This document shows, one piece after another, positions 51,448 to 64,000 of a DNA stretch of 64,000 nt. Under the pieces are notes generated by a model. The model had not been told where the DNA came from, searched no databases, and saw only the letters and a list, made by a program, of their open reading frames with translations. This DNA is from Vicugna vicugna (Eukaryota). How positions within the stretch are numbered: the first letter of the stretch is position 1; each line of letters opens with the position of its first letter. The position numbers were made by a program, and so were the translations under genes. Location: contig MU058791.1 of the NCBI GenBank assembly GCA_013265495.1, forward strand, positions 374,001 through 438,000, in the 5' to 3' direction.

Positions 51448-51553
51448 GCCCTGATCTTCCCACTGAACTTCAGACTCAAATCTAAGGGCACCTGCTTGAG
51501 GTCTCTATCCAGTAGGCATCTTAGATTTCCATGTCCTACCCAAGGTTCTAGAT

Positions 51554-51731
51554 CTGTGCAACTCAGTATGGTAGAGCCACAGAGCTATTTACATTCAGTA
51601 AAAGTAAATAAGATTTAAAAGTCAGTTTTCCAGTTGCACTAGCCATGTTTGAAATTCATGCAGCTTGCTGTGGCTAGTGGTCACCACACCAGACTGCAGA
51701 CCAACAGCGTTTTCATCATCAGGAAGTTCTG
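51554..51731. mobile_element. MER3/MER33-like (hAT-Charlie)
   Basis: aaaagtcagttttccagttgcactagccatgttt...tgtggctagtggtcacc...tttcatcatcaggaagttct. Confidence 0.7.
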
Positions 51732-52171
51732 CCCTCATTTTTAATCCCTCTAAACTGGTTCTTTCACAGGGATCCCCCATTTCAAAAAATGACACCACCA
51801 TCTAGCTGTTCCTCAAGTCAAGAATCTAGGAGACATTCCTGATTCCTCTCCTTCCAGCATGCTTTCTGTCAGCCTGATCAGTGAGTCCTGTGTGTTGTGT
51901 CGCCAGAACACACCTCATGTCTGAGTACTTCTTAGACTCCAGTGTTCTCCAAGCTGAGCCACCAGACTCTGTCCCCCGGATCCTCCAGTAGCTCCTCAGT
52001 GATCTGCCTGCCTCTACTCTTGTCTCTATAACCTGTTCTCCACGTGGCAGGCAGCCAGAATGATCTTTGAAAACTGTAAACCAGTTCACCTGTCCCCTGG
52101 CTGAAAATCCTCCAGTGATATGTCATCAAATGTAGAATAAAGCCACCCCATTTGAATCTTAGTGTACATGA

Positions 52172-52524
52172 CATCTTCATCCATTTGGGCTGCCATAACA
52201 AAGGACCATAGAGTAGGTGGCTTTTAAGCTACAGAAATGTATTTCTCACAGTTCTGAAGCCTGGAACTCCCAGATCAGAGTGTGAGCGTGACCGGGCCCT
52301 ATAACAGGCTGAAGACCGCCGGCTTCTCCCTGTGTCCTCACATGATGGGAGTAGGGCAAGCCAGCTCTCTGGGGTCTTTATAAGGGCACTAACCCCATTC
52401 ATGAGGGCTCCACCCTTATGACCTGATCAGCTCCCAAAGGCCCCGCCTCCTAATACCATCACATTGGGGGTTAGGTCAACATATGAATTTGTTGAAGGGG
52501 GAATATAAACATTCAACCTGTAAC
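52172..52524 (-). mobile_element. MaLR LTR (MLT1A0-like)
   Basis: ccatttgggctgccataacaaa...tatttctcacagttctg...tataagggcactaaccccattcatgagggctccacccttatgacct...taataccatcacattggggg. Confidence 0.88.
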
Positions 52525-54494
52525 TCATGGCCCTGCATGATCTGGGCCTTTGTCTTTCTCAACCACTCTGTTCATTACCTACCAGACCCCAGTCACTCTG
52601 ACTTCCTTTTTGGTCCCCAAATGCCCTATAAGGCCTGTGCTGTGCTACGGAACTTAGCACTGGCTCAGCCCTTTGCCCAGAAGCTCTTCCCCTGATCGTC
52701 ACTTGGATGGCTCTTTCCCGCCGCCCAGTGGGGCCGTCTTGGCGCCCACACAGAAGGGGCTGCACCCGGTAGCCATCCCAGGTTTGTTCCCACTCTCCCC
52801 ACAGCATTCCACACTCTGAGTGTTGCACATCTGTCTGTCTGTTCATTTATTTTCTTTCTCCTCCTCTCTCACTGGAATATAAGTCTTAGATACTGGGGAT
52901 TCAATGTGAATAAGACACGCTTTACCCTCTTGGAATACACAAATCTAAAAATGATTTGTAATTAACTTATCTTTTTCTGGACTGTGAACAGGTGTTGGAG
53001 TTGGAGGAGGTTAGCTGTTTTCTCTGTATCTTGAGCATGTTGGTGTTTTTTTTTAACAAATCCTTTTGTCCTTCTCTCACGAGTAACGCAAAAGTAGAAT
53101 TTCTTTATCAGAGTCTCAGCAGGCAAGTTTCACATACAACATTAAAACACCTTCAGTTCCTTCCTTGAGGGGCAGCTGGATGGGAACTGGAGGGCGTAGT
53201 TGGAAACCAGGGAGAGAGGACTGTAAGGAATCACTGAGGCCCCACCGAAAGCAATGAAAGCTGCTGCCTGGATGGATGGAGAATCAGTGTCCACTGCAGA
53301 GCTGGCTGACAGGGAGTCAGAGGAATGGATTTCCTCTTCTGAGGTGCATCTAAGGGTGGCAGGAAGCCCACAGGATCAAGGATGTCAAAGCAGCGGATCT
53401 CCAGGATGGCAGGGACAGACCTTCACTGGAAGACAGTGTGCACACGTGCAAAAGGACTCTTGTTCCCAACTGTCCCTCGCCCCATGCCCACATGCACAGA
53501 TGGTCAGTCTCAGTGGCATCTCTCTGAGAAGTAGGTTGCCTTAGATCACAGGCGGCTCAGAATTGAGTGCCGTCCAATGCATCCCATCCAGCCTCCACCA
53601 CCTGGTTTTCAGAATTCTTCATGATTTGACTTCATCCTCACCAGTCACATCTTACAGATGCATCAGGCTTCTTGGCATATCTTGTCCATCCTTGCCTCAC
53701 CTCTCTTCTTGCTCCCTGCCTGTCATGCTCTTCCTCCCAGGTCCTTCCTTTGGGAATCAGCTGGCACTTTTCTGCAGTTCACTGAGAGCTGTGCTGGACT
53801 CTGGAGACACAGAGAAGGTCAGGACATCTCCTTCAGGAAGCCTTTTCTAAACACAGATTTCTCCCATCCACAGCAGCCTGGGTCACAGTTGGGCAAGTCA
53901 TTGGTCACTGGTGGTCCTGATAGTCAACTTGAACTTACTTCGTAGCTCCCCAGATACAAACTAGCTGCCTGCCGTGTGGTGGGATTGCCGAAGATGCTCA
54001 CTGAACCCTTCTTTCATTGACTCTCTTTCCCTGAAAATTAATTCAGCAAAAACTTTCATGATCACTCAAAGGCCCAGGGCATTGCCTGGGCCTTTCTCCA
54101 CTTGACCAAATACCGCTCCTCCTTCAAGACAGCTCAGATTCACTCTGTCCTGCCCTGTGCCCTGGGCCTCTTCTCGATGCCCTTCTGAGGTCTTCCAAAG
54201 CACTCCACCCCCTCTCCCCCCAACATCAAACCATCTGCACCGTGTTTCACTTGTTTGTGTGTCTTAGTCCCCCCGCACACACACACACACACACATACAC
54301 ACTGGACTGGGTACACCTTGGAAACAAGAACCCCATATTTTTCATTTGATACGAGATGATTTGATTAGGTGGATAAAAAAGCATACAATACAGAAAAAAG
54401 CAAAAGTGCTTCCCCCCATAAACCTTGAAGAAATAACAATGTATATTCAAAGACAGACTCATGGATATGGAGACCTTTTAAGTCGCCCGATGAA

Positions 54495-54790
54495 CTCATC
54501 TGCCTGGGGTGCTGTCACATGACACCATACACTGGGTGACTTTAAACAGTAGAAATGAGTCCCCCTCACGTGGAGTCCAAGGACAGTGTGTCAGCAGGTT
54601 TGGTTCTTCCTGAAGCCTCTATCCTTGGCGTGCAGACGGCTGCCTTCTCACCGTGTGCTCACATGGCACAGCCTCTGTGTGCGTCCCTGGTGTCTCTTCT
54701 TACTAGACCTGTATGACCTCAGTTAACTGTAGTTACCTTTTTAAAGCCCTGTCTCCAAATACAGTCCCCTACTGAGGTGTGCTGGGGAGG
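54495..54790 (-). mobile_element. MaLR LTR (MLT1B-like)
   Basis: tcagcaggtttggttcttcctgaagcctct.tccttggcgtgcagacggctgccttctc...aaagccctgtctccaaatacagtc. Confidence 0.8.
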
Positions 54791-55504
54791 GGGCAGTTAG
54801 GGTGAAGGCGAAAGGGCCAGAATCAAAATGTAATGGCACACAAGGGGTTAAATCCGGTCCATTCCATGGAGAGGCAAGTGTTTGTGTTTTGGAAATTTCT
54901 GAACAGATTGAGGCTGGGAAGATGCTGTGAAACTGAATTCGGAGAATAAAGATATTTTTATTATTAAAGTAGGATTTGTTGAAGGAAGGAAATGCTGAGG
55001 ACAGAGGTTTCAGGAAATAAACCCTTAATCTTCCTGGAGTGGGTGAGCGCATCCCCACTCAGGAGCAGAGTGTGGGGACACCAGAGACAGATGAAGAGTG
55101 AAGATCATACGGACAGGCGGGTGGGTGCCCTGTGTGGGAGGAGGGCAGTCCCTGGGCTGCCCAGCTGGGACTTGATCGAGGAAAAGACCGATAGTTTCTT
55201 TCTCCAGGCTGGGTGAAGAAAAAGTCCATTTCTATCATCTAGGCCTGGGGGTTTCACAGCTGAAAAATGCTTTGTTTACAGCTGCTCTTAATCACAAGCT
55301 GCCTATTTCAGGACTACTTTCCCCTTAGGATCAAATGTAAAGTCAGGCAATGGTTCTTGGAAAACACATTTATAACCAGCCTTGCTCTGGGGTAAACAAG
55401 GCTGCGTGGCTCTTGTGGCCAAGTCACCTGGGTCTTTTCCACTCGCTCCGCTTAGTTAAATGACAGTCTTGTGGGTTTCAGGGCAGAGCTGCCATAACAC
55501 TGCT

Positions 55505-55712
55505 TTAAAAAATTTTTTTACATTTTTTATTGAAGTGTAGTTGATTTACAATGTTAGTTTCAGGTGTACAGCAGAGCAATTCAATTATACATATACCATA
55601 CACACACACACACATATATATATATATTTTTTTTCTTTTCAGACTCTTTTCTGTTGTATGTTATTACAAGGAATTGCATATAATTCCCTGTGCTCTACAG
55701 TAGGTCCTTGTT
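55505..55712 (-). mobile_element. L1 3' end with internal (CA)n(TA)n
   Basis: ttttttattgaagtgtagttgatttacaatgttagtttcaggtgtacagc...ttccctgtgctctacagtaggtccttgttg. Confidence 0.85.
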
Positions 55713-55807
55713 GTCACATTGCCTTTTATCATCCCACTGTCACCACCAGTATTTCTCAGACTGCTGTCTAAGACTAACAACGCAGGGCTATGCTTTTTGG
55801 CCTTCTT

Positions 55808-56355
55808 GGAAAGAAAGAGGTTTTCTTCAGTCCTCGGAGGCTCCGTGGTTGGGTCCAAAGATGAAACTCATGAAGACTAATAGGGAAAAAAGCATATACG
55901 TGGTACTGAATTTTCACATGTGCCCAGGAGCCTTCCTGAGGAGAAGGGACATCGCGAGAAGTGACCAGAGCAGGAAGCTTTTATACCTTGTTGGCAAACA
56001 GTAAATTTGTGGAGAATGGACAAGACAAAGGGGTTTGGAATTAGGGTCGTAAATGGTGAAGACATAAGTGAGATGAGAAGAGTTAGCTGAACAAGGTTCG
56101 TTTGCTGATTCCACTCTGCCGGTAAGAGTCTGTCTCCAGTGAAAGGAGAATTTATTTCCTGCCTTTATACAGGAAAGGGGAGCTTCTTCTACACTTACTT
56201 GCATCTTAACTGCCTTTATTTATTAATTTTTTTAATTGAAGTACAGTCCAGTCAATTACAATGTGCCAATTTCTGGTGTTAACTGCCTTTAGCTCAAAAT
56301 AATTTCATGTTAAAGAGGCGTATTTTGGGGATGACATATCCCTTTGGCCTTCTTC
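55808..56355 (-). mobile_element. ERV1 (MER4-group-like) solo LTR
   Basis: Ends with aactgcctttagctcaaaataat...aaagaggcgtattttgggg.tgacatat.c...ccttcttca, typical of MER4/MER34-group LTRs in antisense. Confidence 0.65.
56219..56278 (-). mobile_element. 60-bp L1 3' tip nested in the LTR
   Basis: Perfect 13-bp TSD TTAACTGCCTTTA (56206-56218 and 56279-56291) around ttttttaattgaagtacagt...tacaatgtgccaatttctggtg. Confidence 0.88.
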
Positions 56356-57363
56356 ATGTTTTATTAAATCTAACTTCTCTTCTAGAGTGATGGATTTTCA
56401 GAGCCCACATTTCAGCATTAGCACAGGTACCATTTTTTTTAACGAATGTGTGAATGATACTGTTAGAAGATGTAAAACATTTTAAATTGTAATTAGCAGT
56501 AAATCTTAAAACAAGAGGATAATACCAACCAAAATCACATGGAGATGTTCAAGTGCATGTAGACAGCAGCATGGTGTGCCCAGTACTGGCCACACGACGG
56601 GAGCCTGGGACGCTGGCAGTTACGAATAGTACACTGCAGTATACCAGAGTGGAATCAAACCTTACAGTTTACTTGATCCAGAAACTTTGAAATTGTTTCT
56701 TGACTGTTTTTTAATTTGAAGAGATTTGCATTACTTAAAGTTTGGGGGGGGGGTGATTACATCCAACTATTTCATCTCTGCATGTTTAAAAGATTCACAC
56801 GCAGTGATCCCAAGACAATGTAATAGGCAAGGAAGATCAGAGACTGGGCAAACCCAAGTTCACTGCAAAGGCAGTCTGTTCGAAATAAATGTCCAAGTTT
56901 AAATAGAGAAGAGTAGAGAATTTTCAAACCATATTCCTGTCTTTGCTCCCTTCATGTTTGGGTAGACAGCTTCCTTCTATGTCTACATCCCCCCCCAAAT
57001 TGAACTGCTCTCCCATAGCTATCCCATGAAGTAATTTTATTTACTGGCCTGTTATTATGGTTCTGCTCTTTTTCCCCAATCCTGACCCCTGATCCTTCTA
57101 ACTGCATTCTGATGCTCTGCATGTCTTTGCTGGGGAACTTCATTTCTAACAAGAACCTTTAAACCACCCCCATTGGAAGTTTGCCCTAGAAGGACGTTGA
57201 CTTAAGAACGTAACGTGTCCGCTCAGCAGCTAGCCGCCCCAAGCTTCGCTTGTCCTGCCAGCCTGAAGATGCAGCACGCCCCTCGCCACCATCCTACACT
57301 TATTTCCTTACCAGTGATTCTGGAATTCTGTTCTGTTGTCTGCGATTTTGAAAATGACTGGGT

Positions 57364-57741
57364 GTCTTAGCTCAGGCTGTCATAACAAAATACCAGAGAC
57401 CAGGCAGCGTAAAGGACAGAAATGTATACCTCACAGTTCTGGAGTCTGGGCGGTCTAAGATCAAGGTGCGGGCAGATTTGGATCCTGTTAAGGGCTCTGC
57501 TCCTGGCTTACAGATGGCCGCCTTCTTGCTGTGCCCTCACACAGCACAGAGAAAGAAGGAGAAGTGGAACTGTGGTGTCTCTCACTCTTCCTATAAAGAC
57601 ATTAATCCCACTATCGGGCCCCACCCTCATGTCCTGAACTCAACCTAACTACCTCCCCAGATTCCCACCTCCCAGTACCATCACATGGGGTTGGAGCGTC
57701 AACAAACAAATGGGTGGGACGGGGGACATTCAGTCTTTAAC
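57364..57741 (-). mobile_element. MaLR LTR (MLT1A-like)
   Basis: tgtcttagctcaggctgtcataacaaaatacca...ctcacagttctggag..tctaagatcaaggtg...acattcagtctttaaca. Confidence 0.85.
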
Positions 57742-59957
57742 AGTGGCCTTTTGAAATGTATAAAGTATCAAGTGATTTACAAACTTTAAGACATTTTTAT
57801 CAGTATTGTTACTTTTTTTTTTAATTGGAAAGGTTTTAAACTTTTCCCTTGTTCCTCGGTTTCTAAGGAAATCAAATTCTTTCCGAGCAGTATTCAGAAA
57901 AATAGAGCCCTGGTGCAACTTGAAATTTCAGAAGTGAAATAGTAAATGTGCAGAAAATTGAAACTCGGACACTACCTACGACAGCAGTATCTTTACTTCA
58001 ACTCTGACGGTGCAGTTCTTCCTGCGTTGCTGACCTGTCACCGTGAAAGCGTTACTATTCAGTAGCTACCAATACCTTCTATCACAGGGCAGAAGAGAGG
58101 ACGCTGAGAGAATGGGAAGCAGGAAGGATGAGGTTTGGGGGAGGGAAAGGATCTGGTAAAGGGCGGGTCATGGGGTGCTAAAGTGGGGGGGGGGGGCTTT
58201 GCTGCCTGAGTCTTCCACATCTTGCAGAGCATGTGAGTGGCAGGCAGAGCAGCGGTGAGAAAGCCCTGGAACACTAGGAAGGGGCATTACTGAAGCGGGG
58301 CCGCTGTGGGGGTGAGAGGACCACAGTCAAAACAGACTTTTTCTCCTGCACAGCTGATGCCGCACTGATTAACACTAACTGCACGTGGGAAAGCTGGCAC
58401 CTAACGGTGCTCGGTAAATGTGGGGTGAGTGACTGAATAAATGATTCAGTGAAGTGAACGCACGCAGGTTCTCCCAACGCCTGGCAGCAGTGCATCCCCT
58501 GTGGGACATCCTCAAGCTCTGGGACGTCCTGTCGTTGAAGCAGGTTCTAGAAGAATGAAGCCTGGCGAGAACTTGATGTCAGTTGCTGAGCGGGACTGTC
58601 TTGGGATTTTGGTTTACCTCAGGATGGATCATTTAGACAACATGGTCGTCAAAATATAGCTGCTCCCCTGTTGTTTCAATTTTGTTTTCATTCTTTGAAT
58701 TGCTTTCTTTCTCCTGAGCGTCGTTCTCCTTTAATCTAGATTGCTCAGTTTGCTTTGGAAACAGGACATTATCCAAGCACAATATGGCTTGGAATGACTA
58801 TAGGTAATGTGAGAGACGCTAGCACATCACATAGGCCTTTTGTAGCTGCAATTGTGTTCCATTAGTTTTTTTGAAAGAGCATTTCGGTGGCTCAGTCATT
58901 GAATGTTACTTGCCTTTACTTGCAGAGAGTGAGTCATCGCTTTGTGTGTGAGGGTGTGTGTATGCGTGTTACTGCTGGGGTGTCTTTAAAGCTGTAGAAG
59001 TTGTTTATGAATCTCGAATTTTAATATCTCAAATCTTTTCCATTTTGTTTTTGGAAAATGTGTTTCATTTTTATTAAAATGATGCTGATATATCCCTTAA
59101 AGCTAATTTCCAAGATGGCTTAATTATTTGAACAAAGCACACTATTTCTCTTAGAGAAGTGTACACGAACTTGAAGGCTAAGGTGCTAGTTGAATTGTTC
59201 TATTCAGGACTGTACAGTTCTGTTCAACTCACAGAAGCATCAAATATCAGAGCTGAAAGGGTCTCTAAGAGGTTGTCCACCAGGGCTTTTTGGCCTTTGG
59301 CAACCTAGGTCCCCTTTCGATAAATGAAAAAAACAAAACAAAACGGTCACTGAAAGCTGAAATTCAAAACAAATTAAAATTAAATATTCTTACCAAAAAT
59401 CAAAGCAAAACAATGTAATGAAGTGTGGTTCTTCCTTTTTTTGTAAATCACAAGTCACTTTGAGGTTCTGATGCTTCTGAGGGAATGGCTGACTAGATTC
59501 ACTCCCCCATTTTGCAGATTGAAAAGACTGAGGTCCAGAGATTGCAGGAGTGCTCATCCTCTCAGCATGTTAGGAGCAGAAGTGGGTCAAGAACCCAGAC
59601 GTCCTGTGGGCCGCTTGCCGCTTTGCCCACAGGCCCCCTCCTACTTACCCCACCCCGTTAAGGCTGCCCTCGCATGCGAAGACGTTTTATCCCGTCTCAT
59701 CTCCCTGTCACTGATGATGCTGGCACTCTGGCAGGTTACTCTGACTTTTTGTTGTCCCAGCAAGATGGATCCAGAAGCCAAGAGAGACTTCTCAGTCCAT
59801 GGGTCCTGGTTTATACTTCCTTTCATCATTCGGAACCAGCTGTGCTACCCTGACACAAACACTTCCTTGGTGTAGCTTCCAGGGAATAAGGGGGCAAATT
59901 TTAAATCTGAAAATGGATTCATTTCTGAAATAAAATTTGGGTCTTTCACCGTCTTGA

Positions 59958-60287
<330 letters not shown>

Positions 60288-61157
60288 TGAATGGTGGGCA
60301 TTGTTTAGTGTTCCTTATTGGAGCTTTTGGGACCCAGAAGTAGCTTGAAGGGTGATGAAGATCAATGGGGCTGGCATCGTTTCAGAGATTTGATAACTGT
60401 GAAGCAGCCAAAGGGCCCCCGGCAGACAGTCTGTGTATTGCTTCCAGCCTATCTAGAAAGTAATTTTGTTCAAGACATAGAGGCCTTGAAGAACCTTCTC
60501 CCAGCCCAGCATCACACACCACATGGAAGAAAGGGAGGAGTGGGTAGAGGGCATGAGTAGAGAGGAGGGAAATAAAAGGCTAATAAAAGGAAAGCTAGGT
60601 TACCTGACCTACAGTTACAGCTTTCTCCCTGTGTCTGCTGGGGTCCTCCTTATCTTATGAGGTTTTGGCATAATTCACCCTTCCCCCAATAGCTCCCACT
60701 GTAAAGGAAGGATCTGGGCTTTACTTGGTCACCTTGGCCCAAAGGGCTGTGTGGATGTCGTCGAAGGGTAGATAGCAAACCTACAGTACAATCTGAGGAA
60801 CAGCGAAAAGCAGCCTTGCTGACCAAAGGCTGTAACATGGCTTCATTACTTAGCAGTTCCAGGTCCAGCCCGAGAGCTCACTGCGCTGGTCAAGATAGCA
60901 GTTCCACCCCAGCACACAGACTCCCCACGCCCATCAGAAACCCAGGGGTTATATTGTGCTGAAGCCATGCTATTCATGACTCTGGGCAATCTAAGTCAAC
61001 TTAAAGACTAAGTCATAAACAGGTGTTAAAAGAGAAATTTAACACCTGCCCGTTACCGGTACTGGGCACCAAGGTACAAAATAGCGTAGTCTTCTTCTCA
61101 CAGGGACTCGTTGTAATGTTTTCTTTTCTCCTTGTTACCATTTTCCATTGACCAGGA

Positions 61158-61342
61158 TAGTGGCTCCCAAATGTTAGCCTGCATCAGAACTGCCTGGAGG
61201 GCTTGTGAAAACGCAGATGACTGGCCCCAGCCCGGAGGTTCTGATTCGGCAGGTCTGCGGCGGGGGCCCAGGAACTTGAACTTCTGAGGGGTTTGCAGGT
61301 CATGCTGATGTTGGCCTGGGACCCACGCTGGGAGAACCGCCG
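61158..61342 (-). mobile_element. MER5A
   Basis: gcatcagaactgcctggagggcttgtgaaaacgcagat..ctggcccc...ttctgattc.gcaggtctg. Confidence 0.85.
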
Positions 61343-62159
61343 ATGGGGGTATCTGGGAATGCTGATGGAGTTCGTACAGCCTTTGCCCTTTGCAGACTTC
61401 TTGGTGGGTGACATGGGCCATGCGCACCAGTAGTTAATCGTGAGGACCTGGAGGTCCTTCTGAGGGCCAGGTGAGGGCTCTGGAAGCTGACCTGGCACCT
61501 CTAAACTGGGCAGCAGTGTCTGCTCTGCTCTCTTGTGCCCACACCAGATGCCAGTTCTGTGCTTCCAGAACACAGCAGGCAACTCTTTCTGAACAAGGTA
61601 GTGTGCTGACCGTGGAGATGTGATGTGAAGGGCAAGTTGTCTGTCCTTATTAGAAACCAAGCCATTTCCTAGATGGGCAATGTTTATTTCCCATTTAGGA
61701 AGGCAGGTTGGCTGTCAGGGAGAGGCTGTGATTTCCACCCACGTGATGCTTCTGGAGACGTGTGTGCCACTCCCAGCCTGCAGAGCTTGAAGATCACCAG
61801 CGTTATAATTGTGGAAAGAACATGACCATTTTAGAACCTTTCTGTGACCACTTTTCAGAGGCACAAAGAGATTTGATCTATGCAGAGGAAGTTGGGGTTA
61901 GGAAATTGAATTTTCATAAACCTCTAAGAAAATGAAAACAAACTCTGATGCAAGCCAGTGCAGTAGAGAACATGATCGGTTTCATTTAAGATTAGGGCGC
62001 AGTTTGGGTACCACCCCACCCTCACACGTGGCTGTTTACCTCCTTCTCCCTTCAGGAGGGTATTCTTGTGCCTTCCTCCCCCGGGAAGCCACTAGAGACG
62101 ATCAGCTGTCCTTTTATCAAAACAAGGGAAATGTCCACTGCCGCCTCCTCCTATGAGGG

Positions 62160-62358
62160 CAGGGCTGCTCTGTTGACATTTGGGGCTGGATTGTTCTTTG
62201 TGAAGGGGCGTCCAGTGCAGAGGAGGATGCTTAACAGCAGCCCTGGTCTCTGCCCTCTAAGCCGGTACCACCTTCTAAACTTCTGACCACCAAAAATATT
62301 TCTAGGCATTACCAAATATCCCCTGGAGGGTGAAACTGCCCCCAGTTGGGAATCACTA
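62160..62358 (-). mobile_element. MER20
   Basis: ttgacatttggggctggat...accaaaaatatttctaggcattaccaaatatcccctgg...cccagttgggaatcact. Confidence 0.8.
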
Positions 62359-63291
62359 GATTAGAAGTATGATTATGTATAACATTAACTTTATGGGAAG
62401 TATTGATTCAGATCTTTTAAGAGCTTATGTGAAGTATTAAAGCGTTGGAATGGACATTCCAAGTCAAGTATTAGCCACCAGTTGTCTTCCAGAGATGCCA
62501 TAAAATAAAGAAAAATAATTTTTTAGGGGAGTCCTAGGCCCCACTGGACCCCAGGTAGAACTGTAGGATTCCCTCCCTTCCCTGGCCCCTCGCCCCCCAC
62601 AGCCCTCCTCCTGCCAAAGGGGAGGGTCTCCGCCTGATTATCTGAGCCCGTCTTCTCTCCCACTTTCTCCCCTGTTCCCCCGTCTCCCTCTCCAAGAAAA
62701 GCCCTGCTGTCTTTTCTAAGTCTTGAGAAAGTACAGACCTAGGCTGAGAAGGACCAGTCAGTTGAACTCTCCTTGGTACTTGTCCTTCAAAAGAGCAATT
62801 TATTGATCCAAATGAATCTCCTGTAGGAGGAAGGAGAGGTCTGGGTTCCTTGGCCATCTCCAGCCTGGACGCAGCCTGGTTTAGGAGCATGGGATCATTG
62901 ACTTTACAGCTGTATTGAGTCCCGGGACAGGAAGGTGAAAAATCATAAACTTAAAAAAAAAAAAGTCCTCTCCGCACGCATGATTGGACTCTTACTGTTC
63001 ATCGAAGGCTCCTCCGTCAGCATTCAGGGAAAACAGGAACCACGTGCTGCTGGGTTCCATTAGTTCCCTCCCCTTTCTAACCATCATTTTTATTTCCACC
63101 ATTGACTGGCCCATTTTATTCCATTTTATAACTCATTGAAAGCCTCCTCAGCATACATTTGATTTTCTTCTAATCTGATGCTTCATCCACAGAAGTTATG
63201 TCGCTGTGAATGATAAACACCATCCCTTTCTGTTCCTTTTTGTCATGTTATTTTTGGGTGAAGGGTAGTATTTTTTTTTTCCTTTAGGTTC

Positions 63292-64000
63292 TGTTAAAGA
63301 AAAAAAAAACAATTCTGACATGTTAAAATGGTCAGGAAGGCTTTATTCAAGACTGTTGTGAGAAGGGTGTTGCATTAGGGGAGGGAACTGGGCTCCATTC
63401 CAAGTTCAATGAGGCCATGTGGAGCTGTATATCCACTGAGCAGAGTGAGGGGCCATGGATGGAAAGTCCCTGAGAGGAGACAGCGAGGGTAGGGGATTCT
63501 TGTCAAAGGTGGCAAAGGACCTGGACATTGACAGACTCTGTCCTTTGACCAGACCGGAGGCGGGCCCCATGGAGTCTGCTTTCTGACCAGGCTTGGCCCT
63601 TGGGCTCCACGCTTGGTTGATTGGCTGCCCGCATAGTCCGGTCTTAGCAAGAACCCCGGCGAGTCCCGTCAAGATAAACCCCCAGCCTTGAAACCTGATC
63701 AGATTCCTTTTCCCCCCGCCCTCTGTGGCTGACCCCCCTCACCTGCCTTCTGCAAAACTCCTTAAGTTGGTGCAGCCAGAATCCCCCTTACCCTCCCTAG
63801 TAATTTCCCCTCCCCGACCCCACCCGGCTCCCAGGCTGTAAATCCCCACTTGTCCTTGTTGTGTTAGGGGTGGAGTCGAATCTTCCTCTTCTACTGCAAA
63901 ACCCCGCTGCAGTGAGGGCTCCCCTGGACAAAACCTTCCTTAGGATTTTCCGCATGTGTCTGAATCATTTATTTTTCAACATCATCAAAAGTCGGGGAGA
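63292..64000 (-). mobile_element. ERV1 LTR (MER31/MER67-like), interrupted, runs off the window end
   Basis: tgttaaagaaaa...ttctgacatgttaaaatggtcaggaaggcTTTATTcaagact is the reverse complement of a MER31-type U5/R end. Confidence 0.7.
63529..63981 (+). mobile_element. Complete ERV1 solo LTR (MER31-like) nested in the opposite orientation
   Basis: TGACAGACTCTGTCCTTTGACCA...TTAGCAAGAACCC...TTTTCAACA (TG...CA). Near-TSD ACAT (63525-63528) / TCAT (63982-63985). Confidence 0.72.

Larger units (their letters stand above)
51220..52900 (+). mobile_element. L2 LINE (RT region to 3' end) interrupted by MER3 and MLT1A
   Basis: ggttttaag.accat..catgccgatgac (fossil YADD), cccactgaacttcagactc, aagaatctaggagacattcctgattcctctct, cagccagaatgatcttt.aaaa. 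Confidence 0.75.

Noticed and set aside
51294..51491. CRISPR-like array or repeat protein ORF
   Set aside because: The units are directly adjacent with no spacers, the context is mammalian and no cas genes are present. The ORF is a by-product of the 48-bp period.

Overview
This is mammalian genomic DNA, most likely camelid (alpaca/camel). The evidence is a tRNA-Ala-derived vic-1-type SINE, artiodactyl-type L1 3' UTRs, and no recognisable Alu, B1/B2, Bov-A or PRE-1 SINEs. The only supportable host coding sequence is one 139-bp internal exon on the + strand (60035-60173) that matches CAMK1D, covering the kinase hinge through the HRDLK catalytic loop. It is probably exon 4, so about 60 kb of the window is the 3' part of a very large intron. 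The rest is unique intronic DNA plus layered transposable elements: a Blackjack-type hAT transposase fossil, Tigger/MER DNA transposons, L2/MIR, old and young L1 fragments (several with visible target-site duplications, TSDs), MaLR and ERV1 solo LTRs, and microsatellites. Nearly all other ORFs in the track are chance ORFs or L1 ORF2 debris. I found no convincing novel multi-gene system. The best second-look items are: a perfect 3x48-bp triplication over the fossil L2 RT catalytic motif; a G-quadruplex-prone heptamer expansion in an LTR; an LTR nested inverted in a related LTR; an atypical 3'-truncated L1 insertion; a possible intronic polyadenylation site after the exon; and several candidate enhancer motif clusters. 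Repeat family names come from recalled consensus sequences, not a database search. Repeat boundaries without a TSD are approximate.
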